Source of the DNA: Lepidodermella squamata
Taxonomy: Eukaryota; Animalia; Gastrotricha
Assembly: GCA_047495785.1 (NCBI GenBank)
Contig: JBLDXI010000018.1
Span: forward strand, 496,001 to 560,000
Direction of reading: 5' to 3'
DNA: 64,000 nt
Shown: in pieces, positions 49,813 to 64,000 of the stretch
Layout of the letters: each line of letters starts with the position of its first letter
How positions within the stretch are numbered: position 1 is the first letter of the stretch
Notes under the pieces: model-generated
What the model was told of the DNA's origin: nothing
Database searches by the model: none
The model's input: the letters and a program-made list of their open reading frames with translations, nothing else
Translations under genes and position numbers: made by a program

Positions 49813-50927
49813 GCATAGGCTGATGATGGCTGCTTGGAGCGTCGCCATCGTGCTCATGGCCGTCATGATCCGAATAGTCGTCGTCTGTGTGACTGCCATT
49901 CGATCCGGTTGCATCCTTTCATAAAAAAAAATGGTTTGAAGTTTGAAAGCAATTATTGTGCGGCAGATGAAAGCGCAATAACCTAGCTTTTAACCCCCCG
50001 GATGAAACCCCCGGAGAAGGGTCGGATTGTATCTGCGGCCGAAGCCGAGGCTTCCCGGCGGCAAAAAATACCGGCGGTAAAAACTTTAGCAGAGAATCGA
50101 GCTAATAATTAGTAATTAATGCGCACGCTGCTTTTTTATTGCTAACATTATATTAACAAGTTGATTTTGCGGCGCGGCGTTTTTTTACGCCTGTGTTAAA
50201 AGGCAGCAACAATTTCGGAAAAACAAACTTAATTCACTTAAAGACATGAAGTGTAAAGAGTAAAGAGGCTAAAGAAATGAAAGAATTACATACCGAGTAC
50301 TCTTCGTCGTCGTCGTCTTCTTCGGCGTCGACTTGCTGGATGCGTTGGCTCTCGACAACGGCGTCCGTGCCAGGCGGCGGCGCAAAGTCGACGACGATGC
50401 GCTGCGCCGCTGCTTGTTGAGGCGCGCCAGGCGCTTCAGCCGGTTGCATTGCGGCCGCCTGCGTCAGCAGCAAGTTTTTACCGCCGTTTGCTGCCGCCAC
50501 AACCGGCGATGCAGCTGATGGCGCTTTGTTAGGTTGATGAACTGATGGCAGCATCGACGGGGTTGTAGGTTTGCCAGCAGATGCCGATTCGTCGTTGTGA
50601 TCGCTCGTATCCGAGTAGTCATCGCCGCCTTCCAGGTCGTCTTCGTCCACGTAGAAAACACGAGTCTGTAAATTGCAAAAGTTGACAGGCGCACTTTTAT
50701 TCGAATGAAAAGGCCAATTTTTAGTAACTGACAAATGTGATGAGCTGTTCTTCGAACGGCGCCTGGGTTGTAGTCGAAGGCCCTGTACCTAACGACAGCC
50801 CGGTTTCAACCCGATGCGCAGCAGTATCAGCAGCAACAGCAGACCGAGCTGGGGCTGGGACTGGGGCACCGGCTGCTAATAAATACGGCTGTCGCTGTTG
50901 GTTACTGCCTGCGGCCATCGGGTTGCC
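49388..50927 (-). CDS. Uncharacterised poly-Q/acidic low-complexity protein (partial model, ~3 exons)
   Basis: GC-rich minus-strand ORFs 50918-50721, 50734-50234 and 49816-49388, separated by AT-rich intron-like DNA. No domain recognised. Confidence 0.5.
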
Positions 50928-52470
50928 TGTAAAACACAGAATTAAAAACAGCTGAAAAAGTCCAAGTCCAAGTATAATACCTACCTAAAACACTGCCGAA
51001 TATAACGGACAGACAGGCTGCTAAACCGATCGTATTCATCGTTTGTATCAAGTACTGCTTGTAATCAATCAGTTTTCGATAAAGTACCTTACGTTAACAA
51101 GTATTTCTGATATAAAACAATATCAACGAGGTTCACCGAGATATTAGAGATTTTTTTCAATTGAACAATTTGAATTTTATTTTGTTCAAGTTGCGATTGA
51201 AACGCGCGCGCCGGCACGCGTCCGCAATCGATCATTCATATATTCTTCATTTTTTTTAAATTTTACGATTTCTCTTCACATCTCATCTTTTTAGTCATCC
51301 TTCATTTGATTGCAGCAGACAAGACGATAAATAGAGCTTGCTCACTCGGCGGCTGGTTGCTGTAAGAAAAATCAGGATGATAATAGAGCAGAAACTTTGA
51401 TGAATCACCTTTATCTGTTTTACTCTGTTTTCATAAAATGTAAAACATTACAGCCGATAGCCATAGATCACAACAATCGATTGATATTTTTAGTCGACAG
51501 AATTTGCGAGATTTTGACGCTCATATTCAGACACAAGAGTCAAGAAAGAATGGTAAAGAAATCCGTGTTATAATTATGATGGTTACTTGTATAGCTTATT
51601 GTGATTCATCGCAATTTGGGCAGCAAGAAAAACAGAAATCTTGAGTTTCTGCGACAAGTGGCCCACCACATTCAGCAATATTCATCGAAGATGTTGTAAA
51701 CACACGTAGTAGGTAGTAAAGATTAGCATAGCTGGAGTAGTTTCCGATACGTCGCCTAGGCTACGGCTTCAATAAGTAGTTGTAATGTAAGTGTAGGGCA
51801 AATGAAGTGGAAAAGACGACCGTTTCCGCTGTCGCCGTATAACGCCAGCAGCAGCAGCAGCAGAGTTGTAGCCTCCGCCTGCGTGTGTGTGTGTGTGTTA
51901 TTTTGCACAGGTCTCCCCTACCTTTATATACATGCAAGTATAGCTGCTGCTGCTGCTGCTGCTGCTTGTATTCCACGTAATTGGTAGGTATATAGGTATG
52001 TATATAAACAGAGCAGACGCAGAGCCCCGCTAATTTTTTTGCGCTAACAGCTGCATAGGTTGGGTGGTTGTAACGTCGCAAAAAACGCGCTGAGTGGCTA
52101 ATGACGAGCGCAAAAAACAGCCATAACGACAATAGCAGCTGATGACAATGCCTCAAGCGATGGTCTTGGTCGATCATCATCATGTGTCGGCGGCGTCTCG
52201 GATGGCCAGCCATGCACACACACACACACACCAGAACACGCATTTGTAGCAGCAGCAATCATAGCAGGTCTTGGACGATACGTATAATTCTTTTCTCATT
52301 ATCGCCATTTCTCATCGCCATATACTTAATCATAGAATACCTAATCGTAATCGTCCAAGTATAGTTATAGCGCGAGCCAACTTATATCGTCCAGTATCAC
52401 TAACATTATAATATGATAAATTCTAGGTTATTGTTTATTACCGAAATAAATCATTGCAAATAAGAAAGCC

Positions 52471-55400
52471 ATGAAGCTGGTGGTGAGGCTGGACGCCGCG
52501 AACCCCGGCACTCGATCGACATCGCCCGTTTCGCCGTCGCCCGGCAGTCTCGTTCCGACGCCACGGCACGGCCGCGCTGGCGCCGGCGGCGGCGGAGGTG
52601 GAGGCGGCGGTGGGCGGAACCGGCGTGCCGTTTCACCAGCCAGCACAACCACGGCAACGGTGACGTCGTTCACAATCACATCGGCGTCGGACGACGAGGC
52701 CGAGCAACAGCATCATCAGGCAAATAACAACAGTGGCTACAATGCGAGACAGCATGTTCAAGACGACGAGGCCGCTGAACGGCAGCGCCGCCAGCAGCAA
52801 CACATTTCGGATGTTCTCGATCGCGACTATGCCGATACGGAAAAGTGAGCTATTTTCACATGTTTATCTCATCACCCTAAGCAATCACCCTTCAAGCAAT
52901 CTCTTGGAAACTGTTAGGGTTAACCGGAGGGATTCATGTCAGTGCAGCTAAATGTTGTCTTTCAAATTTCACATTTTATCAAATACTTCCAATGGCAATA
53001 GGGCAGGTTTCGGGCTGAGTGTCGATGGCCCGGCTGTGGTCATTACGCCGAGTGACAAACGAGCTGTTGCGCTCAATCGCACCAATTCGATTTTGCTGAA
53101 CGAACAAATCCACGGGTAGGTATACCTTGTCACTCTTACCTATTGGGTGGAGTTACTATCCTAATATAATACAATAAAAGGCTGGATGCATCGCTTCGCA
53201 ATCGCATGAAAGCCGCGAGTCACGAACAGCGGTACATCGAAAACGAACTCGTCCGACTCGCGCCTCGACCACCCCGCCACTTGCCATCCCTGCTGACTGC
53301 GACCGCGTACGAAAACGAGCTGGCCCTACAGCAGCGCCTGCTCGGCTTCGTCGCCGGCGAGCAGCATTCACAGCATCAGCAACATCATCAGCAGCAGCAA
53401 CAGCATAGAGGAGGCGCGGGCGACGGTGGACAGCCGGTGTTGGGCGAATTCCTCGAACAACTGCAACAACTAGCCAGTCTCAGGCGTAAGCGCATACCGC
53501 GTAGATAAAGTAACTATCACCTTTATCATTCACGATATACCTATAGAAGCGACGAAATTGGTGCGGCATGAACAACCGGCGTCGATGCCGAGCAATAGTT
53601 ACGCTGGAAACGACGTTGGCGAGGCATTCGACGGCTCGTACCTGCTGACGAACGAACTGGGCGGGCCGACGGCGGCGCACCACCACCCGGGCCCAGCCGA
53701 CGTCAGCTCCGTGCCGAGCGGTTGGCAAATGCCCAGCTGGGTAATACGCTTTTACTTTTGCATGCAATTCTATTGGTCACATTTTTGCTATTGCGGTCGG
53801 ATCAAATCCTTAGCTGGGTGGGCTCTTATTAGGCGTGTTCATCTTGTTGTTTTTGTTTTTGTGGAAACCAGTCTCTTATAATTGGCATGTTATATGCATT
53901 GTTTAGGTGATGAGACAAGGCTTCACGGCGAAGCAGCAGAACGTCCTGCAACAGGCACAGAAGCAATTGACGCCGATCTTGAAGGCCCACGCCACAGCCA
54001 ATAGCAGCAGCAGCAGCAGCAGCAACAGGCAACATGCGAATGCTTTTCATCATGCTACGATGAATGCTCAACAGCCGCAGCAGCAGCAGCATGCACAGTC
54101 GCTGCTAGCGCCCACGCCGCACGTCAACCACGCCGGAATGCTGGCGGCAGCGGCTGCGGCCAAATCGAATAATAGCAACAACTGTGCATCGTCGTCACTC
54201 GCCGGCAGCAACAGCCGGCTCAATCGGAACAGCAAGAAGGTGTCGTGGTCGGAACGCATCGAAGCCATCGCCATTCCAAGGTGAGTTCGCAAATATGCGT
54301 GAAAACACTTCTTTATTTATATGTCGTATCGTATAAGGCAATAGGCAATACCCCCCCAACTGCCGATAGAGATATCACCTCAATGCGCAATCCGAAAGTT
54401 GCTTTTTGCCTGTTGTTTTCATCAGCCTTCAGGTTATTGAATTCAAACTTATCACATATTAAAGAGCCCGAATAGCCCGAATATCGATTGGTCTACTAAT
54501 TGATTAATAACGAGTTAAATTGGACTCGGAAGGCCAGAAGGCAGTTACAGTGAAAATACAAGTTATTAGGGAAAATGATGGGCTCTGCTACATAGGCGAA
54601 GGGCTATTCTGCGATCTTGCTTGGTTTCCAAATTAAAAAAAAATAACTGATTAAAATAACTGAAAATGGCGCTGGGAAAAATTCGGATTGCTCATTGAGA
54701 TACCTCAATCGGCTATTGGGAGAAATTGCCTCATATGATACGACATTTACCTACATAGTCGATATAATCTATATTACCTATTTGTAGTGTGGCGAACGGT
54801 GATCGGCCGCTTCGCAAACCGGGCACCCGTCGCCAGCGATCCGTGTCGCCGTCAGTTCGCCGAGCAGCCGGCGGCGCAGCCTCGTCGCACGCGCCGCCGA
54901 GCCCGAGGCGGCGGTTCCGGGGCGGCGGCGCCTTCGACTACGAATACGACGACGACGACGATGACGACGCGGCACCGCCTCGCTCGCCTCGGCCAGGCTC
55001 GCGCGAGGCCAACGCACTCGAGCGCATCGCCGAAAGCGAGGCGCAACAACTCGCCGCTGCTGCTGGTGGTGGAGGCGGCGCCGACGAGAACGCTGAAAAC
55101 AATGTGTCACAGCAGCAGCACTACCGCCACGCTTCGTCCGTGTCGGCGGGCTCGTCATCGTCGGCGTCGTTACGCTCACCAGCGCCCACCGTCTCGCTTA
55201 CGCTCAGCGGACTGCCCAACACGTGGTCGTCGTCATCCTCTTCCGCAGCCGCTGGTGGCGGCTCGTCGTCGTTGTTCGGCTCGCTGCCGCCGTCGGACGA
55301 CGCCGCTTTGCGGGCGCAACGGACGCTGCTCAAATCGGCACTGCGAGGCATGTCGCAACAGTCCGGCGAGTCGACCATCCGGCGCTGGCGCTCTCTCGAA

Positions 55401-56736
55401 GCGCTCATCACGCGCCGAAGCTTAGCGCCCCACCTCGCACAGGTAATTTGAGCCTTTTAATTCTTTCACGGCCATTAGGAAGATTCGAGGAAATTTCGAA
55501 ATTCGAAATGAATTTGCTAATTCACAGTAATGTCAATTTGAAGATTCTTTTATCGCTCTTCCGAGGAATATGGAATATAACGCTTCGATGTTGGCTATAG
55601 GATTTGAAACAAAAGCATCTTGCATATTTTGATTGAAATGTCGGGGTTTTTTTTAATTTGGAACTGGATCGGTTTCTGTTTGATTTTGAAGCAAACAAAA
55701 ATACTAGAGTACCCGGCGTAGTCTCGCCCCCTATCCGCCCAGACTAGCGCACAAGCGTGATATTCTTGTATTAGAAGCTGAAAAAGCTGGACACTGATGT
55801 CTGAAAACCGATTTAAATTGACTGTAGTCAGTGGTATCAGTGATTGTTAGTGACTTTCATGGTAACAATTTTGAATATTTAATTTTCATTTTTGAAATAA
55901 CGTTATTGTTAATTAAGTTGAATCGGCTAAAATCAGGCGGGCGGATAGGGCGATTTGACAAAGTCTAAGCGATGATAGATAGAAACAACAGAGAATTAAA
56001 GTCGGGATCGGGGCCGTTGACAATTCTGAGAACTGTTATCGAATATTTTCCACGAAAAGGGTTAATTTGATGGAATTATTTCAATGTTTGAACCTGCTTT
56101 CAGGTGCGTCATCGAGCCAAGTTGAACGCCAGCAGCAGCAACAACGGCGGCAATGGTGGCCCAGCTGGGCTGGTTGTGCCGCTGATGCCGAGGCCGAAAG
56201 CTGCCATCAAGCAGTCGCCAATCGCAACGCCTCAACAGCAGCAGCAACAAGGGGCACTGGTGGGTGGGGGTGCGGTCAAGTTGTTCCAACGGCCGAACAG
56301 CCGCGGAAGCAGTGTTGGAGCAGCAGCAGCAGCAGCAGCAGCAGCTGCAGTGACAGGCGACAACAACGGCGCCTCATCGGTTGTCGGTGCGGCGAGCATG
56401 GCAAGTAGCATGCAGCAGCAGCAGCAGCCGGCTGTCAACTTGCTGCGCGTGTCCAAGGCGGCGAACCTGCAAGGCGACCAGGTCGAGTACCACGTGTCGC
56501 TCGGCATCCGCCTGCCCAACGGCCCTGCACCGCCGCCGCCGGTTCCACAGGGCGGCTACCACCAGCACCAGTACCAGCAACATCCGCATCAGCAGCACCA
56601 GTATGGCGGTGGCGGCATCATGCCGACGTCGCTGACGGGCCTGTTCACCGGCGGTTCGAGCCTCGGCTCGGCCGTCCTAGGCTCGTCGCTCGGTTCCGCT
56701 TCCATTCTCACGACAGCCATCAGCGCGAGTCGATGA
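52471..56736 (+). CDS. Uncharacterised multi-exon low-complexity protein (about 7 exons)
   Basis: GC-rich ORFs at 52471, 53206, 53558, 53907, 54789 and 56104, bounded by AG/GT sites. Contains KKVSW. No domain recognised. Confidence 0.6.
55701..55990. mobile_element. Small intronic non-autonomous element (Helitron/HINE-like?)
   Basis: Begins ACTAGAGTACCCGG. Perfect 12-bp inverted repeat CCCTATCCGCCC (55729-55740) / GGGCGGATAGGG (55939-55950), followed by GATAGATAGA. Confidence 0.3.
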
Positions 56737-59700
56737 GGCGCGACGAATTTCTAGTACCATAATAGTTGAAAGAGTATTTTTCCTCGGTTGTCAAAATGAA
56801 TGTACGGTGACTCTACACGAATATCATCGAGTGTTTTATATAGAGAGCTATCTCATTGCGATGATAAATTGATGAATTACATTATAACATAATATTATGA
56901 TTTCTACTAACGATTTTTCTATAACTGACCTGCGATAGAATCAAACGATACCGGTGCATGTTCCTCAACTTTGTTAAATCAATTCATTGTTCGTTATTAT
57001 AGAAATGTAGCTTTTTGAACGTTCACGTAATATAATATGGTATGTGTATTTCTTCAACGAATATTTGATAGTTTTGTTTTATCGTCATTTTCAATTTGTC
57101 TGATAGTTCTTTCGAATAAACTTACGCAATATCGGCCACAATTAATGATTATATACCTAGTCCTGCACACATTTTCTATTGCCTTATCAGCAAATCTCAG
57201 TATGCGGGATTCGTTCGAGTGGCTGGAACGCAGGCAGCTGGAACGCCAGGCAGCCTGCGGAACGCAAAACGAGAATTACAACAATCGTGCAAGAGTGGAA
57301 TCAACTCATTTGAAGCGCTCAGTCAATTCTATAGGCCTTTTGATACCACCCGAAAGAGGGACGAAAATTACACGTGAATAAGAATAGAAGTAATTTCTGT
57401 TAAATAATTGTTACAAGGTAAAAGGGCGAGAAAATCGTAGAACAGCAACATTTCTTGTTTGATGCCATCGGATATTTACATCGACGTTTCCTTACATTGC
57501 TCTTCAACATCGAATTGAATCAAGTTGGCTTGCTTTTTTGCTTTTGTTGCTTTTGAAAAAGCTACATTCGGGACATCAGCGCGCACACTTGAAATATTTT
57601 ATAAGTATACCTACCGGCAAATGTTGCTATTAACGGCTATCGTAATCAACCACAGCTACCTGGACGAAAATTTCGCAACACTTCTTGTGATAAGTACTTG
57701 AGAAGCCACGCAAACATAAACATAAATACGGCGACAGCAACTACTGCGGATTCAAACGGTGGTGAGAAAATTGAAACAACGACAGCCACTTATTGGCAGA
57801 CAAACCTCGCCCTTATATGCTCGACTTGAGGTTTTGAAAACAAAATTAAACGCACAACACACGTGTTGAACACCATTATCGCACTTGTCAATTGGCCGTC
57901 ATTTACTCTGATGGCTGATGGCTAAACAGGCAGATGAGGCCAAACGGCTCACATGTCAAGTCGGTCATGCGCCCTGTGCCCCGTGGCTGACTTTCACTCA
58001 CGTTCGATTTGCCACGGGCATTCACCCACCATTCAGCATTCAGGCATAATTACGAGCCATCCGACACCTAATTTGAACGGCTCTTTGTCATCGGCAGTCA
58101 CGGGCTTTGAGACTGTGCCGCTTTTGCAATTATCGCATCCGCAGCGACGACATTGGCAAACTATCTTGCATGTCAATCGGTGGGTGGCACGGCCGCGCGC
58201 CTTTAATAAACGCGCACTTCATTTGCCGCCCACAAACTTGTATTGCATCATACCTAAAATTGAAGAAACAATAATAATAGAGACGATGATGATTAAAGTG
58301 TGTTCATCATCATCGCCTGGGCGAGTATCTTGTTTCGCAGCGGCCGCGCCTGTGTGTTGAAGTTAAACGTGCGGCTGTTACTTGTTAAAATTGAGGACTA
58401 CGGCGTGTCAAAGGCAATAAATTGAATCGTGAGTGAGTGTCGTAACTTCCTCCGGGCGACTTCTCTTTCGTTCTATGTTTCTTCTTTCGTCGACTGCACG
58501 TGCCACATTGGCCGACAGTGGCCCTGGGCGCAACTTAGCTCGGAGTTTGCCGCTCCCGCTGCGACTGATAGACTGATAGCCCGCTCTCTACGGCGATGAC
58601 ACTGACACCACACGCACACACACACACAGAGAAGGAATAAAAGTAATAATAACATCATAACATGAAAACAATAACGATAGAACCAGGAGCAACAACAACG
58701 ACAAGCCGAGCGTGAATCAATCGTCAAAATTCGATTATGATGCGATTATACTATGATGTTTTCTTATATTGAATCTTCACCTCTGGTGTTCTTAAGGCGA
58801 GCCATGATGTTAGCTAGTGTCTGCGGTTGTGGCTTTAAGTTTACAAGTAGTTAGTCATTGTCGTCTGGTATATGTATAAACATCAGCAGCAGCAGAACCT
58901 CCCACACATGCTCCCATGCTTTTTCCACTCCAGGCATTTAACTCATTGCTGTACGAGAATGTCCCCACTATCGCACACGCACGTTCGAACGATGGGCTGG
59001 GCTGGCTAATCGGTGCATGTTTTCTTCGGCGCATTCATTCATTCGCGTCTTCCTGTGAAGGAGTCGGCGACGAGAAAAGGTGCGAAAGCGAGTTAGTTTT
59101 TTTATTCACCTTGCTTGCAATTGCCACTTTCAGGCCATTCACACCTCTCGCTGATTGCAGTCAACGCAATCTCAATGCCTGCCTGCTATGCGCTGGTAAA
59201 ATAATTTTGTAAATCGTCATAATGATGATGATGATGATGATGATGATGATTATGATTATGATTATGTGCGTGCTGAAAAGGCGCCGATTTTTTGCCGCCT
59301 CGCGTGAAAAGGCGGTCGCGCGCGCGCGCAGGTGGTGGCGGCTGCGGGCGCCGTCGTCGTGAAAGAACCAACAATTTGTATTAACTGTGCCATGCCATCA
59401 ATCGCTGCGCGGCGCTCGATTAGCCGCGCCAATTGCTTTTTCGCGCTTCTCTCATACGCGCAAGTATTTACGCGGCGACAGGCGCACTTGTCGCTTTTTT
59501 TACGCGTCGCTCCTGTTTCTTTTTGTAGTATCAAAGTATTGATGACATACATATGACGGTGGCGGCGCACCGAGAGAGCGCGCGCGTGAAAATCGCAAAA
59601 CAACTTACACGCTAGTTAGTTATCGCGCGTTAAGCGGCGTCAAACGTCGGCTAAAAACTTGTTTCTCACTCGAGGCAGCCAGCATTGAGTTGACGCGAGC

Positions 59701-62700
59701 GCTCGCTTTTTTTCACGCCGCCGCCGCCGCCACCGCCGGACCGCAAAGCTTTTTGGCTTTGAGCGGCGCGAGATTGCAATTTGTTGTCGATTGAGATTAC
59801 GTGTTCGAGCCGCGCTCTCAAAAAAACCGTCAAAGGTGACAAATATACGTCGTCTAATACCGACCGCCGTTGTCGCGCGTAATCAACTCCGATCCCAGGC
59901 AGGCCGCAGTCAGTCAGTGTTGTCGCCGCACAGCCGCGCAACCACCACCACCACCACCGCGCCAGAAGGCAAAAAAGCACCGGAAAAAAGCAGCAAACAC
60001 GCGCGCTCAAGCTCGCGTAATCGCTTAACGCCGCCGCCGCCGCCGTCGTCGCAGAATGAGCGCACAGTCTCAGTTATATTTAGTTAGTAGTTGGTTAGTT
60101 GGTAGAGGTAATCAGCGCAGGCGCGCGCAAAACTGCAGGCGCTCGCTCGCTCGTCGGTTTTCGCAAAAAGCGCTCCACAAACAAACAAGAACTAGCGACA
60201 GAAAAAACAGCAGAAACGCGCGCGCGTCCCAGGTGCACAGGCTCCGTCGACTTGCCTGCCTGCTGCCACAGGTATTCTTCATTTCTTACACCAGTTATTA
60301 GTTATTAGGTCCGGCTATTATTATTATTATTATTGCTGCGTCTACTAAATTGCGTTCTCTCTGATGTTTCACAATCACCAAAGTGTCGCTGATCAATGAT
60401 CACATGGTCACATATAGCTAGCTAGCTTTGGTGCTAGGCACTAGGCTGCTACGTACCAGAGTAACATATACTTACTTATAGGTAGGTATACGATAATCAT
60501 GAGTTGCAGTGGACCAGGCATTTCGCTACTATACTGCTACGACGTGTGTGTTTGCCGAACGTTGACGGCGGCGTGACGGCGGCTTCGGACGCGCACGATC
60601 AAATACGAGTACTACCTATCTGCTACCTATACCTATGCGTTGGTAGCATTGGTGTATAAGAAGTAGGCAGAGCGTGACCTCGGCGTCGTTTTTTACGCCT
60701 GGGGTTTGCTCGCTTTTTTGCAGTTTTGCGCATCGCGGCACGCGCACAGTCAACAAGACAACGGCTCGCTGCGTCGCTGATTTCCACGTCGCCTACCAAC
60801 CACCACCACCACCACCACCACCTAGCTTCTGCTTCTTCTTTTTCGCCATCACCGCCGCGCGCGTACACACTCGTTCGTCGGTTGTACCACGAATGCTGGC
60901 TGCTGCTGCTGGCTGCTGACCGCACAGCCACACAGGGTGTTTGCATGTGCTCATGGCACAAAAAAACGTTCGGTTCTCGCGACACATCATCATCTTCATC
61001 ATCATCATCATAGCTTCTGCTAACCTGCGAGACGAACGTACGTACTTACGTATAGGTATATATCGCCCGCTGGCTGCTGGCCTGAGCACACACGTTGGCT
61101 CACGATCGGCCACATGCACCGCACCGCCATTGCCCCTATAGCGCGATTTTTTGCTCCTCACATTCATCGTCATCGCATCTGCTGGTTGCTCACTTGCTCA
61201 GTTTCTAATCCATTCCCCGGATGTGTATGTTCCCCGAGATTTATCACTCACCTACAATTCAACCCATCATCATCTGCAGTATATCCAGTATACTTATGAG
61301 TAAGTAAGACATTTGTCGTATTTTAGGTGTCGGCTTTACATCGGCCATTCATTCTCGTTGTCATTGTGTTCCAAGTAAGTAATTTACATGCGTTTGGCTT
61401 TTCGCACGTTGGGCGCCTCCGCAATCCGCGTTTTTTCGCCTCAACGTAAGTAACAAGAAATTACTCGAGAGCCTAGGTATAGCCTAGGTAGAGAGGTGTT
61501 GCCAACCTGGCGATGATGTCGTTGCTGGTGGAGCAGAAAGTTCGATGCAGAAGTTGTAGAAAAACCACACATCTACTGCTGCTGCTGCTGTAGAAAAGGC
61601 AAAGACTGCGCCTGTTTCGCTAGCTGGCTTACACGCTAAAGTTGATGACGACGGCGTCGAGTTAGTTATAAAGCCATGTTCACACCACCACAAGCTCCTA
61701 CTGCCAGCCTTACCAACGACAACTACGACAACGATAACTACGACGACGACGACGATTAAAAAACGCGGCGGCGGCGTCACTAATGCCGCACACGTGCAGG
61801 CTATCTAAAAGCCTTCTACATGTATATGATTGTGACTGCGAGAGTGACTCGTTGTTTTCGCATCATTTTTTGCCGCCGCACATGTAACGAGCGCGCCTTA
61901 ATTGCAGTTAGCCGTCAAGTTAGTTTTTGTACGATGTTGCGCCGTGCCGCAGCAGCCCACATTCAATACCACCAACCAGCGAGCGAGCGGGCATGCTTCG
62001 AGCTATATAAGTCCTATAGGTATTATAAGCCAAGTCGAAGGCAACACAAAAAACAGGTGAGCGCGTAACGTTAATTGCGCTACGACAAGGTTAACAAGAA
62101 AATCTCCTGCTCTCATCATCATCATCATCGAGCCGATTAGTAACAGCAGCAGCAGAGCACAGGTGACAAAACATTGACAACACGCATACACACGTAGATA
62201 GATTAATGCGAAAATGATGAGCGTTTTTGCAAGTGTTTGCTCGCTCGCTCGCGGCCGCAAAAAATTGCCGACTCGTGATGCCGAGCGACATCATAACATT
62301 TACTTTACGCATTATTTTTGTTGTTTTTTTGTTTGATGCCACACACTGGCGCGCAATAATTAGCCAATAAACAACAATCAAAAAAAGCAATCCAGATACG
62401 CATCGCTTCCTTCGTTCATGTCCTACCTTTAGAACATGTTTTATTAACCGATCGATCGATCGAAAACCAATAACAAGAGGCAGTCGCACACCCACTTGGC
62501 AACAATCACTGCCATTGTGTGCGAACGTCTTGGCCAATCAACGGCGAGCTCGCACGCTATTGGCTGGGCGCGCCATCCGCCCTCATAGACGATTATGGAT
62601 GATGTGCGTGTCACACACACACACACAAGTTCACACCTCGCGATTAGCGCCTCGCCCCACAAAATTGCTGGCTTGCGGCGACTAATTGTGTCACCCAACG

Positions 62701-62850
62701 CATGTCTCATTTTTTGTCTCATTTTTTTTTTTATAGACACCTTTAAATTTAACTGATTTGGCGGTAGCAAGAGTCGCGCTGCTGTGTCTATCTTGCCTAT
62801 CACCCCCTATTTAATTTGTTAATTAACGATTTTACTTACCGCCGTTGTGA

Positions 62851-62890
62851 ATGTTACAAGCACTGAGTGCCAACCAACGGCGACTTCTTG

Positions 62891-62921
<31 letters not shown>

Positions 62922-63136
62922 CAAGAACAGCAACAACAGCGATGACGAATCGAACGATGACATTGACTTGTCTGACGGCGACGAAGACTTGTCACGGCCG
63001 AGTTCGCTCATGATGGCGAACGGTGGCGGTGGCGGCGGCAAGGCGTTGGTCAAGTCGACGTCGGGCTCGAGTCGCCACCACCACTCGCACCATCAGCAGC
63101 AGCAACAGCAACAGGCCTCGCCAGCGGCCAGTTCAG
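62851..63136 (+). CDS. Probable first coding exon of an unidentified gene continuing past the window
   Basis: ATG-initiated Ser/Asn/Asp/Gln-rich ORF ending at a CAG|GTAA donor. Confidence 0.45.
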
Positions 63137-64000
63137 GTAAAATTCAGTAGAATATTGTTTACTTTTTGACTACTGGCAACATATCACGCGCCTGTGACAA
63201 CGGGCGGGCGGTGTCATCCTCATTCGTTTTACTGCTGGCGATGATGATGAGTCGTTGTTATCACATGTGCAATAATCGGTAAATTTGCTGTTTGTGCCTC
63301 GCGCGTGTTTGTTGTTGCACGCGAGCGAACTTTCAGCAACTTATTCTGCTTCGAACCAACCAACCAACCCTAGTTCATCATCATCATCGTCATGCCTTGT
63401 ACCTAATTGCTGCTGTCGGCGTGTTTGCGCCTGCCTGCTCGTCGTGCGCCGTGGACGTGGCGCGTAAAAGGCGCGTAAAGCCGCCTCGCCGTGTCACCGC
63501 GAGGGCGCATCTCCTTGTCTTTCTTTCTTTCTTTCTGTCTTTAGTTCCTTCGGCTGATATATGCTATTATTAACTAACCGCCCGCCCGTTTTGCTATATA
63601 CTTGTAACCACCAATAAGTAATTGTCGTCGCCTTCTTGTGATCATGAAAGCGCCTCGTCATTCTTTCCTCGGTGTAAAACTCCGATCTATACCTAGAGAG
63701 ACTAATTGCGCTTTCAGGTGTTAGCAGCGCTTCGAAAAGCCGCGCGCGTGCGCCTGCTTTCACGGTCACAGTCAATTAATAATTATTGCCTGAGCAGCAG
63801 CAGCTGCTGCCGGCTGCGTTGATGTTTCGCCTCAACAACAAGAAAGTTGGTTTATTATTTCTTCATTTAGTTTGTTGTCTTTGCTTGCCTTTGTCGCTAC
63901 CTATGCTGTGTTTTGGCAGGCGCACGCGCGTCTGCTGCTGATATATCTACCTATAATAGGTATATCTGTCATAGGTATTTATATTTTCGAACAACAATTT

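Noticed and set aside
57000-62800. Short ORFs in the long microsatellite-rich intergenic region
   Set aside because: Low-complexity translations without coding bias or splice support. Probably regulatory, UTR or intronic DNA.

Overview
Eukaryotic (invertebrate animal) genomic DNA with short AT-rich GT-AG introns, often GC-rich exons and many poly-Q/A tracts. Recognisable host genes are a class-A GPCR, dachshund, a Ly6/uPAR GPI-type protein, CstF-64, SNX3/12, a LicD/fukutin-like transferase, a type-I membrane glycoprotein and several low-complexity unknown genes. Between them sits a multicopy accessory system. It is a closely spaced, same-strand two-gene cassette: (i) an RPA70-like tandem OB-fold protein and (ii) a 3xRRM protein fused to a Penelope-type Cys-linker/GIY-YIG endonuclease, with no reverse transcriptase. 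The cassette occurs as two near-identical, open copies about 22.9 kb apart, and the OB gene also has several decayed paralogs. Three copies of a ~290-330 nt non-coding element with conserved base-pairing (candidate structured ncRNA), a duplicated E-box/AT-spacer/TATA module and a conserved hairpin lie in the same neighbourhoods. A 641-bp MITE and a 27-bp in-frame TIR insertion are also present. All exon structures, alignments and family assignments were made by eye without database searches.
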